Source: Longimicrobiales bacterium (GTDB taxonomy: Bacteria; Gemmatimonadota; Gemmatimonadetes; Longimicrobiales; Gaopeijiaceae). Taken from it: DNA of 64,000 nt. A program made the position numbers and the translations under genes. The notes beneath the pieces were generated by a model. The model saw only the letters and a program-made list of their open reading frames with translations. It made no database searches and was not told where the DNA came from. Shown one piece after another: positions 21,028 to 31,454 of this stretch. The stretch's first letter is position 1; every line of letters starts with the position of its first letter. The DNA is taken from contig CBDAON010000004.1 of the NCBI GenBank assembly GCA_965198065.1, positions 128,001 to 192,000 on the forward strand, in the 5' to 3' direction.

Positions 21028-22062
21028 TCAGGGCAAGATCGTCTCCCCGTTCCAGTTGTCGGGGAAGGGCTGGTAGCTGACGTGCGGGTAAGCGTTCGGA
21101 GGTGCCACCTGGGTCGGACCGTCCAGGTGGTCGATGAGGGTCCAAATCGCGTCGACACGGATCCCGAAGCCCAAGCTACCGAGACTGATCTGCACGATGT
21201 CACCAGCTGTGTCCCTGACTTCGGCTTCGATGGCTGAATGATTCAAGCCGACGATCCAACCGTTGTGATCGAACACGGGACTGCCGCTCGTGCCACCCGT
21301 CACATCGAAATCGTACTGTAGCTGTACATGCGGGGTTTCTCCCATCAGCCGCATGGCGCTGACCACTCCAGCCTTGAACGTAGCTGTGATTCTTACATCC
21401 GCGGCTTCGCCGGTGGATTCATTCTCACCGGGGAACCCTAGCGTGCCGATGGGCTGGCCTACACTGATTGCGTCGGCATACTCTCGCGGTAGAAGATTGA
21501 AGAGAACCGGCAAATCGCCCTCGATGTCCACAAGTCCGACGTCTTCTGAGTAGGGTGTCCCGTCGTAAGCGGGGTGCTTCCAGTACCGGTCGTGATTGAC
21601 CCAGTAGGCTTGGCCGTCGAAAGTGGTGCCGGCCTGGACGACCAAGAACCTGGGATTGCGATCCGCCCATTCATCGAGGACCTCGAGCATCCCGTCGACA
21701 CAGTGTGCGTTCGTCCAGATCATGCTTGTGTAGTAGGCTGCGAAGGCGCTGCAATAGTTGAGGAAGCGCGACCGACCGTCCTGGGGGCTCGTGTAAAAAA
21801 ACCCGAGCAGGTACGTGGTCTTCTGGATTCTGTGCTCGGTGAGCACCCTGCCCCAGTCCAAGGGGTCGCCCTCGGGGCCCTGGGGGCCGGTGCCGCCCTG
21901 TGGGCCCCCGGGGCCCTGTGGACCTTCCGGGCCCGTGCCTCCGGTGATCCCCTGCACACCCTGCGGCCCGGTCGCGCCTTGTGGGCCTATGGGTCCGGGA
22001 TCGCCGGTGCATCCGGCAATCAGAAAGATGGTGGCCAGCGTGAGTGCGCTGCAGCGGTTCAT
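21028..22062 (-). CDS. lipoprotein with collagen-like stalk and trypsin-like serine protease domain
   Basis: Lipobox LIAG-C, 16 Gly-X-Y triplets, catalytic motifs TNAHCV / EDVGL / GGTSGSP. Confidence 0.9.
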   Translation of the reverse strand: MNRCSALTLATIFLIAGCTGDPGPIGPQGATGPQGVQGITGGTGPEGPQGPGGPQGGTGPQGPEGDPLDWGRVLTEHRIQKTTYLLGFFYTSPQDGRSRFLNYCSAFAAYYTSMIWTNAHCVDGMLEVLDEWADRNPRFLVVQAGTTFDGQAYWVNHDRYWKHPAYDGTPYSEDVGLVDIEGDLPVLFNLLPREYADAISVGQPIGTLGFPGENESTGEAADVRITATFKAGVVSAMRLMGETPHVQLQYDFDVTGGTSGSPVFDHNGWIVGLNHSAIEAEVRDTAGDIVQISLGSLGFGIRVDAIWTLIDHLDGPTQVAPPNAYPHVSYQPFPDNWNGETILP

Positions 22063-22414
22063 CGTGCCCTCCCCGAGATGGTGGGGTCCACCAACGCACG
22101 GAGCACACACGAGGAAGGGCCTGCCTCTTCACCCGGGAGTTCAGGAATGCTTCCGCTTGTCGATGACCGATGTTGGGATGACGACCCGGAGGTGCCGGGC
22201 CGTTGTCGCCAAGTCACGAGGGAACGTGCGAGGCTCGCTTATTCGCCCTCCCCCTTGGGACTGCGGGAGCTACCCGCGTGGAACGCCCTCGGGATCTACA
22301 GGCTGTTGTATTCAGCGAGCGACCCGACAGAAACCGGGTCCCTCGACTTGACGACAATGACACCATAGACTTCGATTGTACCGAACGCAACCACGCACCC
22401 AATGGCGGAGACCG

Positions 22415-22597
22415 ATGACTGAATCCAAGAAAGCAACGAAGCCCGCCAGCCCCACCCGCGACGAGCACTTCCCGCACATCGACGCGACACCCGAGCAGCT
22501 GGCCCAAGCCCTGATGCGGACGAAGCCCCGCAAGCTCGACGAATGGGACTACATGAAGGATACTAGCAACCCCTCACCGGAGTCCGACGAGCCGTGA
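22415..22597 (+). CDS. 60-aa small protein ending in the IS1595 right IR
   Basis: MTESKK...PHIDATPEQLAQALMRTKPRKLDEWDYMK. GGAG RBS. Stop codon overlaps the IR. Confidence 0.55.
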   Translation: MTESKKATKPASPTRDEHFPHIDATPEQLAQALMRTKPRKLDEWDYMKDTSNPSPESDEP

Positions 22598-22741
22598 GGC
22601 TTGGGCACCATTCGCTATAATTCCCTTCTGACTCCTGTCAATGAGTGGCTCGACCTGTATCGCTGAGGATCGGCGACGATTCAGATTGGGGGCCTAGAAG
22701 GGCAGGGTGCTGACCCTATATGCACCCTATCCATATCAGGA

Positions 22742-22800
22742 ATGACCACGTCACCCATCACCCGCCTGAACGCAGCCCTCAAAGGCCGCTACCGCAAGGG
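22742..22800 (+). pseudogene. N-terminal remnant of a Ser/Thr protein kinase
   Basis: MTTSPITRLNAALKGRYR matches the RLxAALxGRYxIERELG start typical of Gemmatimonadota kinases. Confidence 0.55.
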
Positions 22801-22951
22801 TCTACCACCGCTCACCCCGTCGCCGCCCCTCCACACATCCAGTCGTCCCATTCGAGCATCGCTAGATGCCTAGCCGACCGCCTCGCCTCGGCGTATACTT
22901 GCGACGGAGGGAAGCGGTTTCCGGGTAGCCTCATCTGCGAAGGAGGGACCC

Positions 22952-24247
22952 ATGGCTTCGAAACACCCTGATCGAAGGGATTTCCTAAAACGCGGGGCGG
23001 CGTTGGCCGGTGGCTTTGCCGTGGGGGGTGTGGGGGGGGCGATTGGGAGTGCGGGGGGGGCGATCGGCCAGACGCCACCATCTGGACAGTCCGTCGAGCG
23101 CCAGGACTATTCAAGCGCAGAACTGATCGCCTATGGCCAGCGCTCCCGTTTCGTGACGTCGGAACGGATACCGCACGGCGGCAGGCCTTCACCCGATGAG
23201 TTTGGGCTCGTCTTTCATGTGGCGAATCCGCTTCAGGATTCGGTGGGGGTGATCACCCCGTCCGCGCTCCACCATGTGGCGACCACGCGTGGCTCCTTCG
23301 TTCCGGACATCGATCCGCGGGAGCATCAGCTCATGATCCACGGCATGGTGGACCGTGAGCTGATCTTCACCATGGAAGATTTGTTGCGTCTCCCTGCGGT
23401 GACCCGCCTTAATTTCATCGAGTGCGCGGGGAACCGTGCGAGTTCGCGGCACGAGACGGTGCAGGAAACGCACGGGCTGACCAGTTGCGCCGAATGGACC
23501 GGAGTGCCCCTGTCTTTGCTGCTCAACGAGGCGGGCGTTCGGACCGGGGGGACCTGGATCGTAGCGGAAGGGGTGGAGAACGTGAGAGGAGCGTCGAGCA
23601 TTCCGATGACTAAGGCGATGGACGACTGTCTGGTCTGCTACGGCATGAACGGCGAGGCGGTACGTCCCCAGCAGGGCTTCCCGCTCCGGCTGATGGTTCC
23701 CGGCTTCGAGGGAATCTTCCACGTGAAGTGGCTGAGGCGGATCAAGGTGGTGGACCGGTACTACATGACCTACAACGACTACGGACATCTTCGTCAGGAC
23801 CCCGTCAACGCTGCGCTGAGTTACCAGATCGGACCGAAGTCGGTCATCACCTATCCCTCCGGAGGACAACAGCTGCCCGACCGCAGATTCTACGAGATCC
23901 GCGGCCTGGCCTGGTCGGGCGGGGGGGCCATTCGCAGGGTGGAGGTATCCACCGACGGTGGCCGGAGTTGGACGGACGCCCAAATCAGTGGGATCCCACA
24001 GCGCATGGCGCATGCCCGATTCACCTTCCCCTGGACTTGGGACGGAACAGAGACCGAGCTCATGTCGCGCTCCACGGACGAGCTGGGCCAGCTTCAGCCG
24101 ACGCGAGCTGAGGGCGCCGAGTTCTGGAGGACCGGAAGGGCCTACCCCGGGGCTCCGGATCAGCCAATCCGTTTCACGGGCCAGGACAATTCCATTCAGC
24201 CGTGGAGGATCACGAGCGATGGGAGCGTTCAAAATGCGATCGCTTAG
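22952..24247 (+). CDS. Tat-exported sulfite-oxidase-family molybdoenzyme (SoxC/SorA-like)
   Basis: Tat signal DRRDFLK, Mo-binding FIECAGN, WTGVPL, GFPLRL..PG, VKWLRRI, GLAWSG and VEVSTDGG. Confidence 0.9.
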   Translation: MASKHPDRRDFLKRGAALAGGFAVGGVGGAIGSAGGAIGQTPPSGQSVERQDYSSAELIAYGQRSRFVTSERIPHGGRPSPDEFGLVFHVANPLQDSVGVITPSALHHVATTRGSFVPDIDPREHQLMIHGMVDRELIFTMEDLLRLPAVTRLNFIECAGNRASSRHETVQETHGLTSCAEWTGVPLSLLLNEAGVRTGGTWIVAEGVENVRGASSIPMTKAMDDCLVCYGMNGEAVRPQQGFPLRLMVPGFEGIFHVKWLRRIKVVDRYYMTYNDYGHLRQDPVNAALSYQIGPKSVITYPSGGQQLPDRRFYEIRGLAWSGGGAIRRVEVSTDGGRSWTDAQISGIPQRMAHARFTFPWTWDGTETELMSRSTDELGQLQPTRAEGAEFWRTGRAYPGAPDQPIRFTGQDNSIQPWRITSDGSVQNAIA

Positions 24248-24797
24248 GCTTCTCCCGCTTCTGATGCTCCTGGGGGCGGGCTCCGCGATGGCGCAGTCGC
24301 CCACCTATGGTGTGGGAAGGACCCCGACGCTGGAAGAAATCCGTGCCTGGGATATCTCCATCGGTCCTACGGGAGAGGAACTCCCGCCGGGAAGTGGAAC
24401 CGCCACGGAAGGCGCGCTGGTCTATGGGCAGAAGTGCGCGTTCTGCCACGGAGCGGAAGGGACAGGCGGCCAAGCTCCCAGGTTGGTCAAGCGCGAAACG
24501 GGACCGATTGAGGACCCCTGGGACTTTGGACGGATACTGGCGATCCGCTCCCCGTACGCGACGGGGGTATGGGACTTCATCAATCGCGGCATGCCTCTCA
24601 ACGGAGCAGAAACCCTTACAGCCGATGAGGTCTACGCACTGACGGCCTTACTGCTCTACTGGAACGACCTCGTCGCGGAGGACGAGGTGCTCGACGCCGA
24701 GAGTCTGCCGATGGTGGAGATGCCCAATCGTGATAACTGGGCTCCCCTACCGGATTGGCAGCCCGGGCAGCCAAGGCTTCCAGGCTACCCCTACTGA
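24234..24797 (+). CDS. monoheme cytochrome c (SoxD-like)
   Basis: Signal peptide, GRTPTLEEIRAWDI, CAFCH, WDFINRGMP and MPNRD. Confidence 0.9.
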   Translation: MRSLRLLPLLMLLGAGSAMAQSPTYGVGRTPTLEEIRAWDISIGPTGEELPPGSGTATEGALVYGQKCAFCHGAEGTGGQAPRLVKRETGPIEDPWDFGRILAIRSPYATGVWDFINRGMPLNGAETLTADEVYALTALLLYWNDLVAEDEVLDAESLPMVEMPNRDNWAPLPDWQPGQPRLPGYPY

Positions 24798-25035
24798 CCT
24801 ACGCGTCGTAACGCTTTCTAAGGGGGCGAAGCGCCACCCTTAGGCCGCTGGGGGGCGAACCTCTTTCTTTCGAGCCTGGTCGATCGGGCCGCGATCGCCG
24901 CCCGCATGAACTAGCCGATCTCCCGTCGCTATCGGCAGCGGCAGACGCCGCTACTTCACCGTGGCTGCCCTTGGGTCCCCGTGCGGCCACGCCGACTTCG
25001 CCACTCCCTGGAGCCCTTCAGTGGAGGTCGAACCG

Positions 25036-26073
25036 ATGAAACGCTTTCGCATCATTGCGGTTTGCTTCACAACGACCCTGCTCGCTTCCGCACAAGGAGC
25101 CTACGGGCAGGGTTTTCAGGCACATCCCTCGACCCAGGATCCCACGGTGATCGTTACGCTCGAGACGCTCGCGGCGTGGGAAGACGCGCTGTCCAACTGG
25201 GGACGCTGGGGCCCTGACGACCAGCGCGGTACCCTGAACCTGATCACCGCGGAGAAGACGAGGCAGGCCGCAGCGCTGGTCACGGAGGGCGAGACCGTGA
25301 CCCTCCAGCACTTCGTGACGGGCGAAGAGGCGATGGACAGCCAGGCCTTCGGACCCACGAGACACTGGATGAGCCGGGTCGATCCCGACACCGGATTGCC
25401 GACCTTCGCTCTGGATGAGATCCAGTTCTCGCTGCACGACGGGATGCTCTCGCATATGGACGCTCTCTGCCATTACAGGACGGAGATCGACGGTGAGTAC
25501 GTAATCTTCAACGGGTATCGCCAGAATCTCACCGTAGACGGGTGCGAGGACCTGGCGATCGATCGGATGGGGACCTCGTACGTCACCCGGGGCGTTCTCG
25601 TGGACATTCCCCTCATGCGAGGGGTCGAATGGCTCGAGCCGAGCACACCGATCTACGCCACCGACCTCGAGGAATGGGAGGAGTTCGCGGGCGTTACCAT
25701 AGGCAGCGGGGACGTCTTGCTGGTTCGCACAGGTCGCTGGTCCAGGCGAGACGCGGAAGGGCCGTGGGCTTACGGCCAAGGAGGTGCGGGCCTTCACGCT
25801 TCCGTACTCCCGTGGCTGCATGAACGGGACGTTGCCGTTCTGGTGGGGGATGCGGTCAACGACGTGCAGCCATCGGGCGTCGAAGGGATCAACCGGCCGA
25901 TCCACCAGCTTACCCAGGTAAATCTCGGTCTTCCGATCGTGGACAACGGATACCTGAAGGACGCCGCGGCCACGGCTGCACGACTCCAGCGATGGGAGTT
26001 CATGGTGGCGATTCAGATCAACCCGGTGCCCGGCGGAACCGCGAGTCCGTTCAACGCGCTGGCCACGTTCTAA
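25036..26073 (+). CDS. secreted cyclase-family (kynurenine formamidase-like) metallohydrolase
   Basis: Signal peptide, NWGRWGPDDQRGTLN, SHMDALCH, TRGVLVD and GDVLLVRTG. Confidence 0.88.
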   Translation: MKRFRIIAVCFTTTLLASAQGAYGQGFQAHPSTQDPTVIVTLETLAAWEDALSNWGRWGPDDQRGTLNLITAEKTRQAAALVTEGETVTLQHFVTGEEAMDSQAFGPTRHWMSRVDPDTGLPTFALDEIQFSLHDGMLSHMDALCHYRTEIDGEYVIFNGYRQNLTVDGCEDLAIDRMGTSYVTRGVLVDIPLMRGVEWLEPSTPIYATDLEEWEEFAGVTIGSGDVLLVRTGRWSRRDAEGPWAYGQGGAGLHASVLPWLHERDVAVLVGDAVNDVQPSGVEGINRPIHQLTQVNLGLPIVDNGYLKDAAATAARLQRWEFMVAIQINPVPGGTASPFNALATF

Positions 26074-26115
26074 ACCGCTGGACGAGGCCACCCCGATCCT
26101 CGGAGAAGCCCCACG

Positions 26116-27756
26116 ATGACGAAAGACCGTTTTGACGCTCGGGAGTCTATCGCTGGGAAGGCGGGATCCCTCCTGACCCGGCGGCAGGTCCTCGAGTGGT
26201 TTGGGGCCCTCGGGGGGTCGTCGATGGTGCTCGGAGCCATGGGAGCGTGGAACCTGCGAGCCGAGCCGATCGGTCCGCGGCCCAACCTGACCGGGACCGC
26301 GAAAGCCCAGGGCACTCGGGTGATCATCCTGGGTGCCGGCGTTTCCGGGATGATCGTGGGATACGAGCTGAGCCGGCTCGGTTACGTGTATCGGATCCTC
26401 GAGGCGCGGGATCGGGTGGGAGGCCTGTGCTGGACGGTGCGCCGGGGTGACACCCACACCGAGCTCGGGCCTGGCGGCGAGGCGCAGATCTGCCAGTTCG
26501 ACGCGGGGCAGTACTTCAACTCCGGAGCCTGGCGGCTCCCCCACGATGACGATGGAATCATGGGGTACATCAAAGACCTCGATGTCCGCCTCGAGCCGTT
26601 CAACGACATGAACGAGGTCTTCTTCAGCGAAAACCCGGCGCTGGGTCCGATGGCGAATCGGAAGGTCCACCTCCGCGAGATCACCTCGGACATGTGGGGG
26701 CACACGACCGAGCTGCTGGCAAAGGCGGTGAATCAGGGCGCTCTCGACGACACGCTTACGACAGAGGATAAGGAGCTCCTGGTCGAGTTCCTCGTAAGAG
26801 CCGGTTATTTGGACAGCGCGGACCAGGTGTATCGGCCGAACGTGCGAGCCCGCGGGTCGGCGGAGGCGTACGATCTGACCACGCTCCTCCAAGTGCCGTT
26901 CCGGAACCAGGTCCGCTCGCTCACCTCGAACACGGGGGGACCGGTTCCCGTCTTCCAGCCGACGGGCGGCATGCAGGAGATCCCCGAGGCCTTCGCCCGC
27001 TACCACGGGCCCCGCATCACCATGAATGCGCGGGTGACCTCGATCCGCTCCCTCGAGAACGAGGTCCGTGTGGTGTGGGAAGACACGCGGACCGGGATTC
27101 GCCAGGAGGAGATCGCGGATTACGTGGTGTCGTGCCTTCCTATGTCGATCCTGAAGCAGCTCGATGTGACCTTTCCGGCGAACGTCGCGCCGATCATCCA
27201 GGCTTACGGACACAGCTCGAGCTCGAAGATGGGCTTCCAAATGAGACGCCGCTTCTGGGAGGAGGAAGACGGGATCTACGGCGGTCACCTGCAGTTCCAG
27301 GCCTACGACGCGGCGGGAGCGGGAGGCGGTAGCCAGACCGGCCTCTCGAATCTCCTCCCCTCGTTCTCGTACCCCTCGAACGACTACGTCTCTAAGAAGG
27401 GTATCCTCCTGGGGTTTTACGGGAACCCGAACATCTCGGGTGTGGACGGCGTGCCGCTCATCGACTCACCGATTCGGATGCGGTTCGAGCACGTGCTCAC
27501 ACACGCGAGCAAGGTCCACCCACAGATGCGCGCGGAGCTGGAGAGCGGGTACGCGGTCATGTGGTCGAAGGTCCCGTTCAGCGAGGGAGCGTGGGCGAGC
27601 AGCCCGGGAGAGAACATGTCCCTGTTGAGTCAGCCCTACGGTCGGATCTACTTGGGCTCCGCGGCAATCAGCAACCGGCCGGCGTGGCTGGAAGGAGCGG
27701 TAGAGTCCGCGTGGCGGACCGTCGAGAACCTGCACGAGAGGGTGGTGAACGAATAA
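26116..27756 (+). CDS. Tat-exported flavin amine / L-amino acid oxidase
   Basis: TRRQVL Tat-like signal, ILGAGVSG, LEARDRVGG, FQPTGGM and WLEGAVESA. Confidence 0.9.
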   Translation: MTKDRFDARESIAGKAGSLLTRRQVLEWFGALGGSSMVLGAMGAWNLRAEPIGPRPNLTGTAKAQGTRVIILGAGVSGMIVGYELSRLGYVYRILEARDRVGGLCWTVRRGDTHTELGPGGEAQICQFDAGQYFNSGAWRLPHDDDGIMGYIKDLDVRLEPFNDMNEVFFSENPALGPMANRKVHLREITSDMWGHTTELLAKAVNQGALDDTLTTEDKELLVEFLVRAGYLDSADQVYRPNVRARGSAEAYDLTTLLQVPFRNQVRSLTSNTGGPVPVFQPTGGMQEIPEAFARYHGPRITMNARVTSIRSLENEVRVVWEDTRTGIRQEEIADYVVSCLPMSILKQLDVTFPANVAPIIQAYGHSSSSKMGFQMRRRFWEEEDGIYGGHLQFQAYDAAGAGGGSQTGLSNLLPSFSYPSNDYVSKKGILLGFYGNPNISGVDGVPLIDSPIRMRFEHVLTHASKVHPQMRAELESGYAVMWSKVPFSEGAWASSPGENMSLLSQPYGRIYLGSAAISNRPAWLEGAVESAWRTVENLHERVVNE

Positions 27757-27805
27757 CTGCCGGTCGTCCGTCGCCTGGCATGCCAATCGTTGGGAGGATG
27801 GGGTC

Positions 27806-27875
27806 GTGAACAAGGTGAGGAGGTACTCCCCTGAGACGTGGGAGAGGGCAGTTCGGCTGGTGTTCGCGGAGTCTG
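27806..27875 (+). pseudogene. IS3-family OrfA N-terminal remnant
   Basis: VNKVRRYSPETWERAVRLVF resembles the RYSPEVRERAVRMV start of IS3/IS51-group OrfA. Confidence 0.6.
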
Positions 27876-27879
27876 TGGG

Positions 27880-28266
27880 GAGGTGAGGAAGATTGGAGAC
27901 CGCTGGCCCGGGCCGGCTTTCTCCGCCAGGCTTGTCGCCGGCCCAGCCGCGGTCGTCCTGGCCGGCCTGATCGTGCTCCGGGTGTCGCCGGAGCCCGTGA
28001 CCTGGCGAGGCGTCTCGCTCTTTACCGCCGTGGCACTCCCCACGTGGGCGGTCCTCCACGCGATCCTGGGCCGCGTCATGCGCTTCGTGGCCAAGCTCCG
28101 ACACCCGCTTTCGGACCGGCTCCTCAACATCACGGCCGCGACCGGTGGGAGCCGGAGGGCGTGGGCGTCCCTCCTCAGGGACCCACCGTACCTTGCGTGT
28201 TACACGGGGGCCCTCGCTGTGAAGTGGCTCGCGGTGATCTGCGTCGGGTGTTGGGCCGTCCTGTAG
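27880..28266 (+). CDS. hypothetical membrane protein (start uncertain, possibly a fragment)
   Basis: Three hydrophobic segments. Confidence 0.35.
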   Translation, partial: EVRKIGDRWPGPAFSARLVAGPAAVVLAGLIVLRVSPEPVTWRGVSLFTAVALPTWAVLHAILGRVMRFVAKLRHPLSDRLLNITAATGGSRRAWASLLRDPPYLACYTGALAVKWLAVICVGCWAVL

Positions 28267-28391
28267 CGGCTCGGCACCCTTTCATAGCTAGGGCCGAAAG
28301 TCGAACAGTACCATCGGTTCGAACGTGATTGGGACTGCGATCCACACGGCCGTTTGCTGGTCTGGACCCGCCTGACACCCGAAGGACGTCA

Positions 28392-30559
28392 ATGAGCAAA
28401 GCCACCGGTCCCCTCTCCTCAGTGATGATCGCCGCGTTGGCAGCTGTTTCATGCTCGTCCGGACAGCGCGCTGATCTCGCGTTCAGAGCAATCATACCGA
28501 CCCCACCTAGCCATCCGTCGGGTGAGGGTCCAACCGTATGGATCGATGAGGCGCACAACAACGGCGTTCGAACTGCGGGCCGTTATGAACCGTTCGTGCG
28601 GGTGCTTGAGGCGGACGGATTCGTTGTTCAGCCGTTCACGTCACTCATTACGCCCGAAGCGTTGAGCGCCGTACACATGCTTGTGATTGGCAACGCGCTC
28701 CATACGCAGAACGTCGACGATTGGTCGTTAATCGAGCGCGGTCGGCTACCCACCACACCCAACCCGGCCGTCTCCGCCTTCTCACGCTCTGAGATCGCAG
28801 CTCTGGGTCAGTGGGTGGATAGAGGCGGATCCTTGCTGTTGCTGGCAGACCACATGCCGTTTGCGGGGGCAGCCGCGACGCTAGGCGAGAGCTTCGGCTT
28901 CACCTTTATCGACGGCTTTGTAGAGGATCCCGATACCTGGTGACCTGACCCGCTGAAACGAGACCAGGTGCAATGTTAGGATCGACCTGGTCCGAAGCTT
29001 TTCAGCGAGGAGGTCAGGATGGGAAGGAAGCGACACACTCCGGAGCAGATCATCACTGCAAGTGCGGGAGGCAGAGGTCGGTCTGGCCGGCGGCAAATCC
29101 GTGAAGCTGATCAGGGGGGAGCTCGGCATCACCGAGCAGACGTACTACCGGTGGAGGCGGGAGTACGGCGGGATGAAGGTGAGCCAGGCACGGCGCCTGA
29201 AGGAGCTCGAGCGCGAGAACGGGCGCCTGAAGCGAGCAGTGGCGGACTTGACACTGGACAAGCTGATCGTGGAGGAAGCGGCCAAGGGAAACTTCTGAGC
29301 CCCGAGGGCCGACGACGTTGTGTGGTGCGTGTACGTCAGCAGCTCGGGGCGTCGGAGAGGAGAGCGTGCCGGGTGCTCGGGCAGCCACGCACGACCCAGC
29401 GCGGGGCGAGGAGAGTGGCGAGTGACGAGGGGGCGCTCCGAGGTGATATCGTGCGACTCGCGAGTCGATTCGGCCGCTACGGCTAGCGACGCGTCACGGA
29501 CACGCTCCGCATCGAGGGCTGGGGGGTGAAGCACAAGCGGGTGGAGCGGATCTGGAGGCAGGAGGGGCTGAAGGTCCCGGAGCGGCAGCCGAAGCGAGGT
29601 CGGCTGTGGCTCAACGACGGATCGTGCATCCGGCTGAGGCCGCTGTATCGGGGCCACGTCTGGTCGTACGACTTCGTGGCCTCGAGGACGCACGACGGGC
29701 GTGCGCTGAAGCTGCTGACAGTGCTGGACGAGCACACGAGGGAGTGCCTGGCGATCGTGGTGGCTCGCAAGATCCGCTCGCACGACGTGCTCGAGGTGCT
29801 GGACGATCTGTTCGTCCGACACGGGCCTCCCGAGTATCTGAGGTCGGACAACGGACCGGAGTTCACCGCGAAGCCCGTGCGGCGGTGGTTGGGGCGCGTG
29901 GGCGTCGAGACGCTCTTTATCGAGCCGGGCAGCCCGTGGGAGAACGGCTACAACGAGAGCTTCAACGGCAAGCTCAGGGACGAGCTGTTGAACGGGGAGA
30001 TCTTCTGCTCGTTGGCGGAGGCGGCCGTGCTGGTCGAGCAATGGAGGCGCGAGTACGATACCGTCCGACCCCACAGCGCCTGCGGCGGCTTTCCCCCGGC
30101 CCCTGAGGCGATTAAGCCGTCGCCCTGGTTCCTGAGGATGCCCGTCCTTCACCGCCCTCCACAGGTGCTGGGACTAACATAGGTTGTGGTACCGCTCTTC
30201 GGGGCAGGTCACTGGGACCCGGCCACCTTCGGTCGAACAGACGGGACTCTCATAGACCATGTGATCACACGTGGGAGGCGACCGGGAACGCGTGTCGACT
30301 CCGTCGCGACGTTCGACGGACAAGCGTTCGTGGCCGAGGGGGCCGAACCTCTGATGATCCTCTCACGTCAATACGTTTCGTACCAGCCGAGTATTCCGTG
30401 GGATATTGATAGCGACACGCCTACCGTATCCGTGGCCGGATGGCTCCAGGGCGCCGTCAAGCGAATTGGCAGAGGGCGGATGGCCGTGTTCGGCGACGCC
30501 CCCAGGGCGCGCAGAACTTAGATCTCCTGCTCAACGTAATGCACTGGCTAACGGACTAG
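28392..30559 (+). pseudogene. DUF4350/GATase-like lipoprotein, split by IS3-B
   Basis: IDEAHNN and GGSLLLLADHMPFAG. The halves rejoin as EDPDTW|DPATF. The C-terminus NLDLLLNVMHWLTD* lies in another frame. Confidence 0.8.
28941..30211 (+). mobile_element. IS3-family element B, copy 2
   Basis: Full IRs and 4-bp TSD CTGG. TAG at 29484-29486. Confidence 0.96.
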
Positions 30560-30584
30560 CACATGGAAACACTTGCCCGCTTAG

Positions 30585-30833
30585 GTGGCGCCCTTTCACG
30601 GTCTCGCCTGCATCGTTGGTTCTCTCGTGGCTGCCACTTACTACGCTGACAGCCTGAGCCTACTAGGGGCCAGTGTGCTCATGCTCTGGCTCATCTCTGG
30701 GGCTGTGCTGAGCCACCGATACCTAGAACTTGAAGGCGCCGCCGAGCATCGCGGCTTTCAATGGATGCGGGATCGGTTGCTGGAGGCCTCGGGGGAGCAG
30801 ACGAGAGGGATCATCTCCGGGGAGGAGCCGTGA
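30585..30833 (+). CDS. small hypothetical membrane protein
   Basis: Two hydrophobic helices; start uncertain. Confidence 0.35.
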   Translation: MAPFHGLACIVGSLVAATYYADSLSLLGASVLMLWLISGAVLSHRYLELEGAAEHRGFQWMRDRLLEASGEQTRGIISGEEP

Positions 30834-30915
30834 GAGGGATCCCAGGCTCGGGTCGAGGTCCGCACACTGAGGTGAACGGAGCGCGAGACCCCTTGGATTG
30901 CCCAGACTTCATGTG

Positions 30916-31404
30916 ATGATCAAGTACACCGATAGCGCCGACTCACTCAGCGTTCAGCAGCTGCCACCGGGCTTCTTTCAGGGGTGGCCGAACCCTCCGT
31001 CCCGAGAGACTCACCTGAGGCTCCTTCGAGAGAGCGACGCCGTCGTGTTGGCCCTGGAGGCGGGATCTGGGGCGGTTGTAGGATTCATCACCGGAATATC
31101 CGACGGAGTGCTGGCCGCTTACATTCCCCTTCTCGAGGTACTTCCCGCCTACCGGGGTCGTGGCATCGGGAAGGAGCTGGTGCGACGAATGCTTGATCGG
31201 CTCGGGCACCTCTACATGGTAGATTTGCTCTGTCTTCCTGATCTACAGCCGTTCTATCGCTCCCTCGGCATGCAGAGGCGGACGTTTGACGGGTCCGCAA
31301 CAGTTCCCGGAGAAGCGGCTTTGCGTTCCGGATTAGGAGACGGGAAATTGCAGGATTCGCGCGGCCCTGTTTCACAGTCCAACGCCTTTGGAGCACTTCC
31401 CTGA
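30916..31404 (+). CDS. GNAT N-acetyltransferase (C-terminus possibly aberrant)
   Basis: LEVLPAYRGRGIGKELV and LQPFYRSLGM. Confidence 0.85.
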   Translation: MIKYTDSADSLSVQQLPPGFFQGWPNPPSRETHLRLLRESDAVVLALEAGSGAVVGFITGISDGVLAAYIPLLEVLPAYRGRGIGKELVRRMLDRLGHLYMVDLLCLPDLQPFYRSLGMQRRTFDGSATVPGEAALRSGLGDGKLQDSRGPVSQSNAFGALP

Positions 31405-31454
31405 CCGAGCCTGCGGCTCCGACGAGCGGGCTTCCCTCCCGGAGCTGGCTCTCC

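Larger units (their letters stand above)
19658..22625 (+). mobile_element. IS1595-family element with passenger genes (transporter IS)
   Basis: Perfect 30-bp IRs GGGAATTATAGCGAATGGTGCCCAAGCCTC. 8-bp TSD TTCTGACT at 19650-19657 and 22626-22633. Confidence 0.96.

Noticed and set aside
22952..24797. Complete Sox sulfur-oxidation pathway
   Set aside because: No soxA, X, Y, Z or B in the window.
25018..27288. 756-aa minus-strand ORF
   Set aside because: Antisense shadow of the cyclase and oxidase genes, typical of high-GC DNA.
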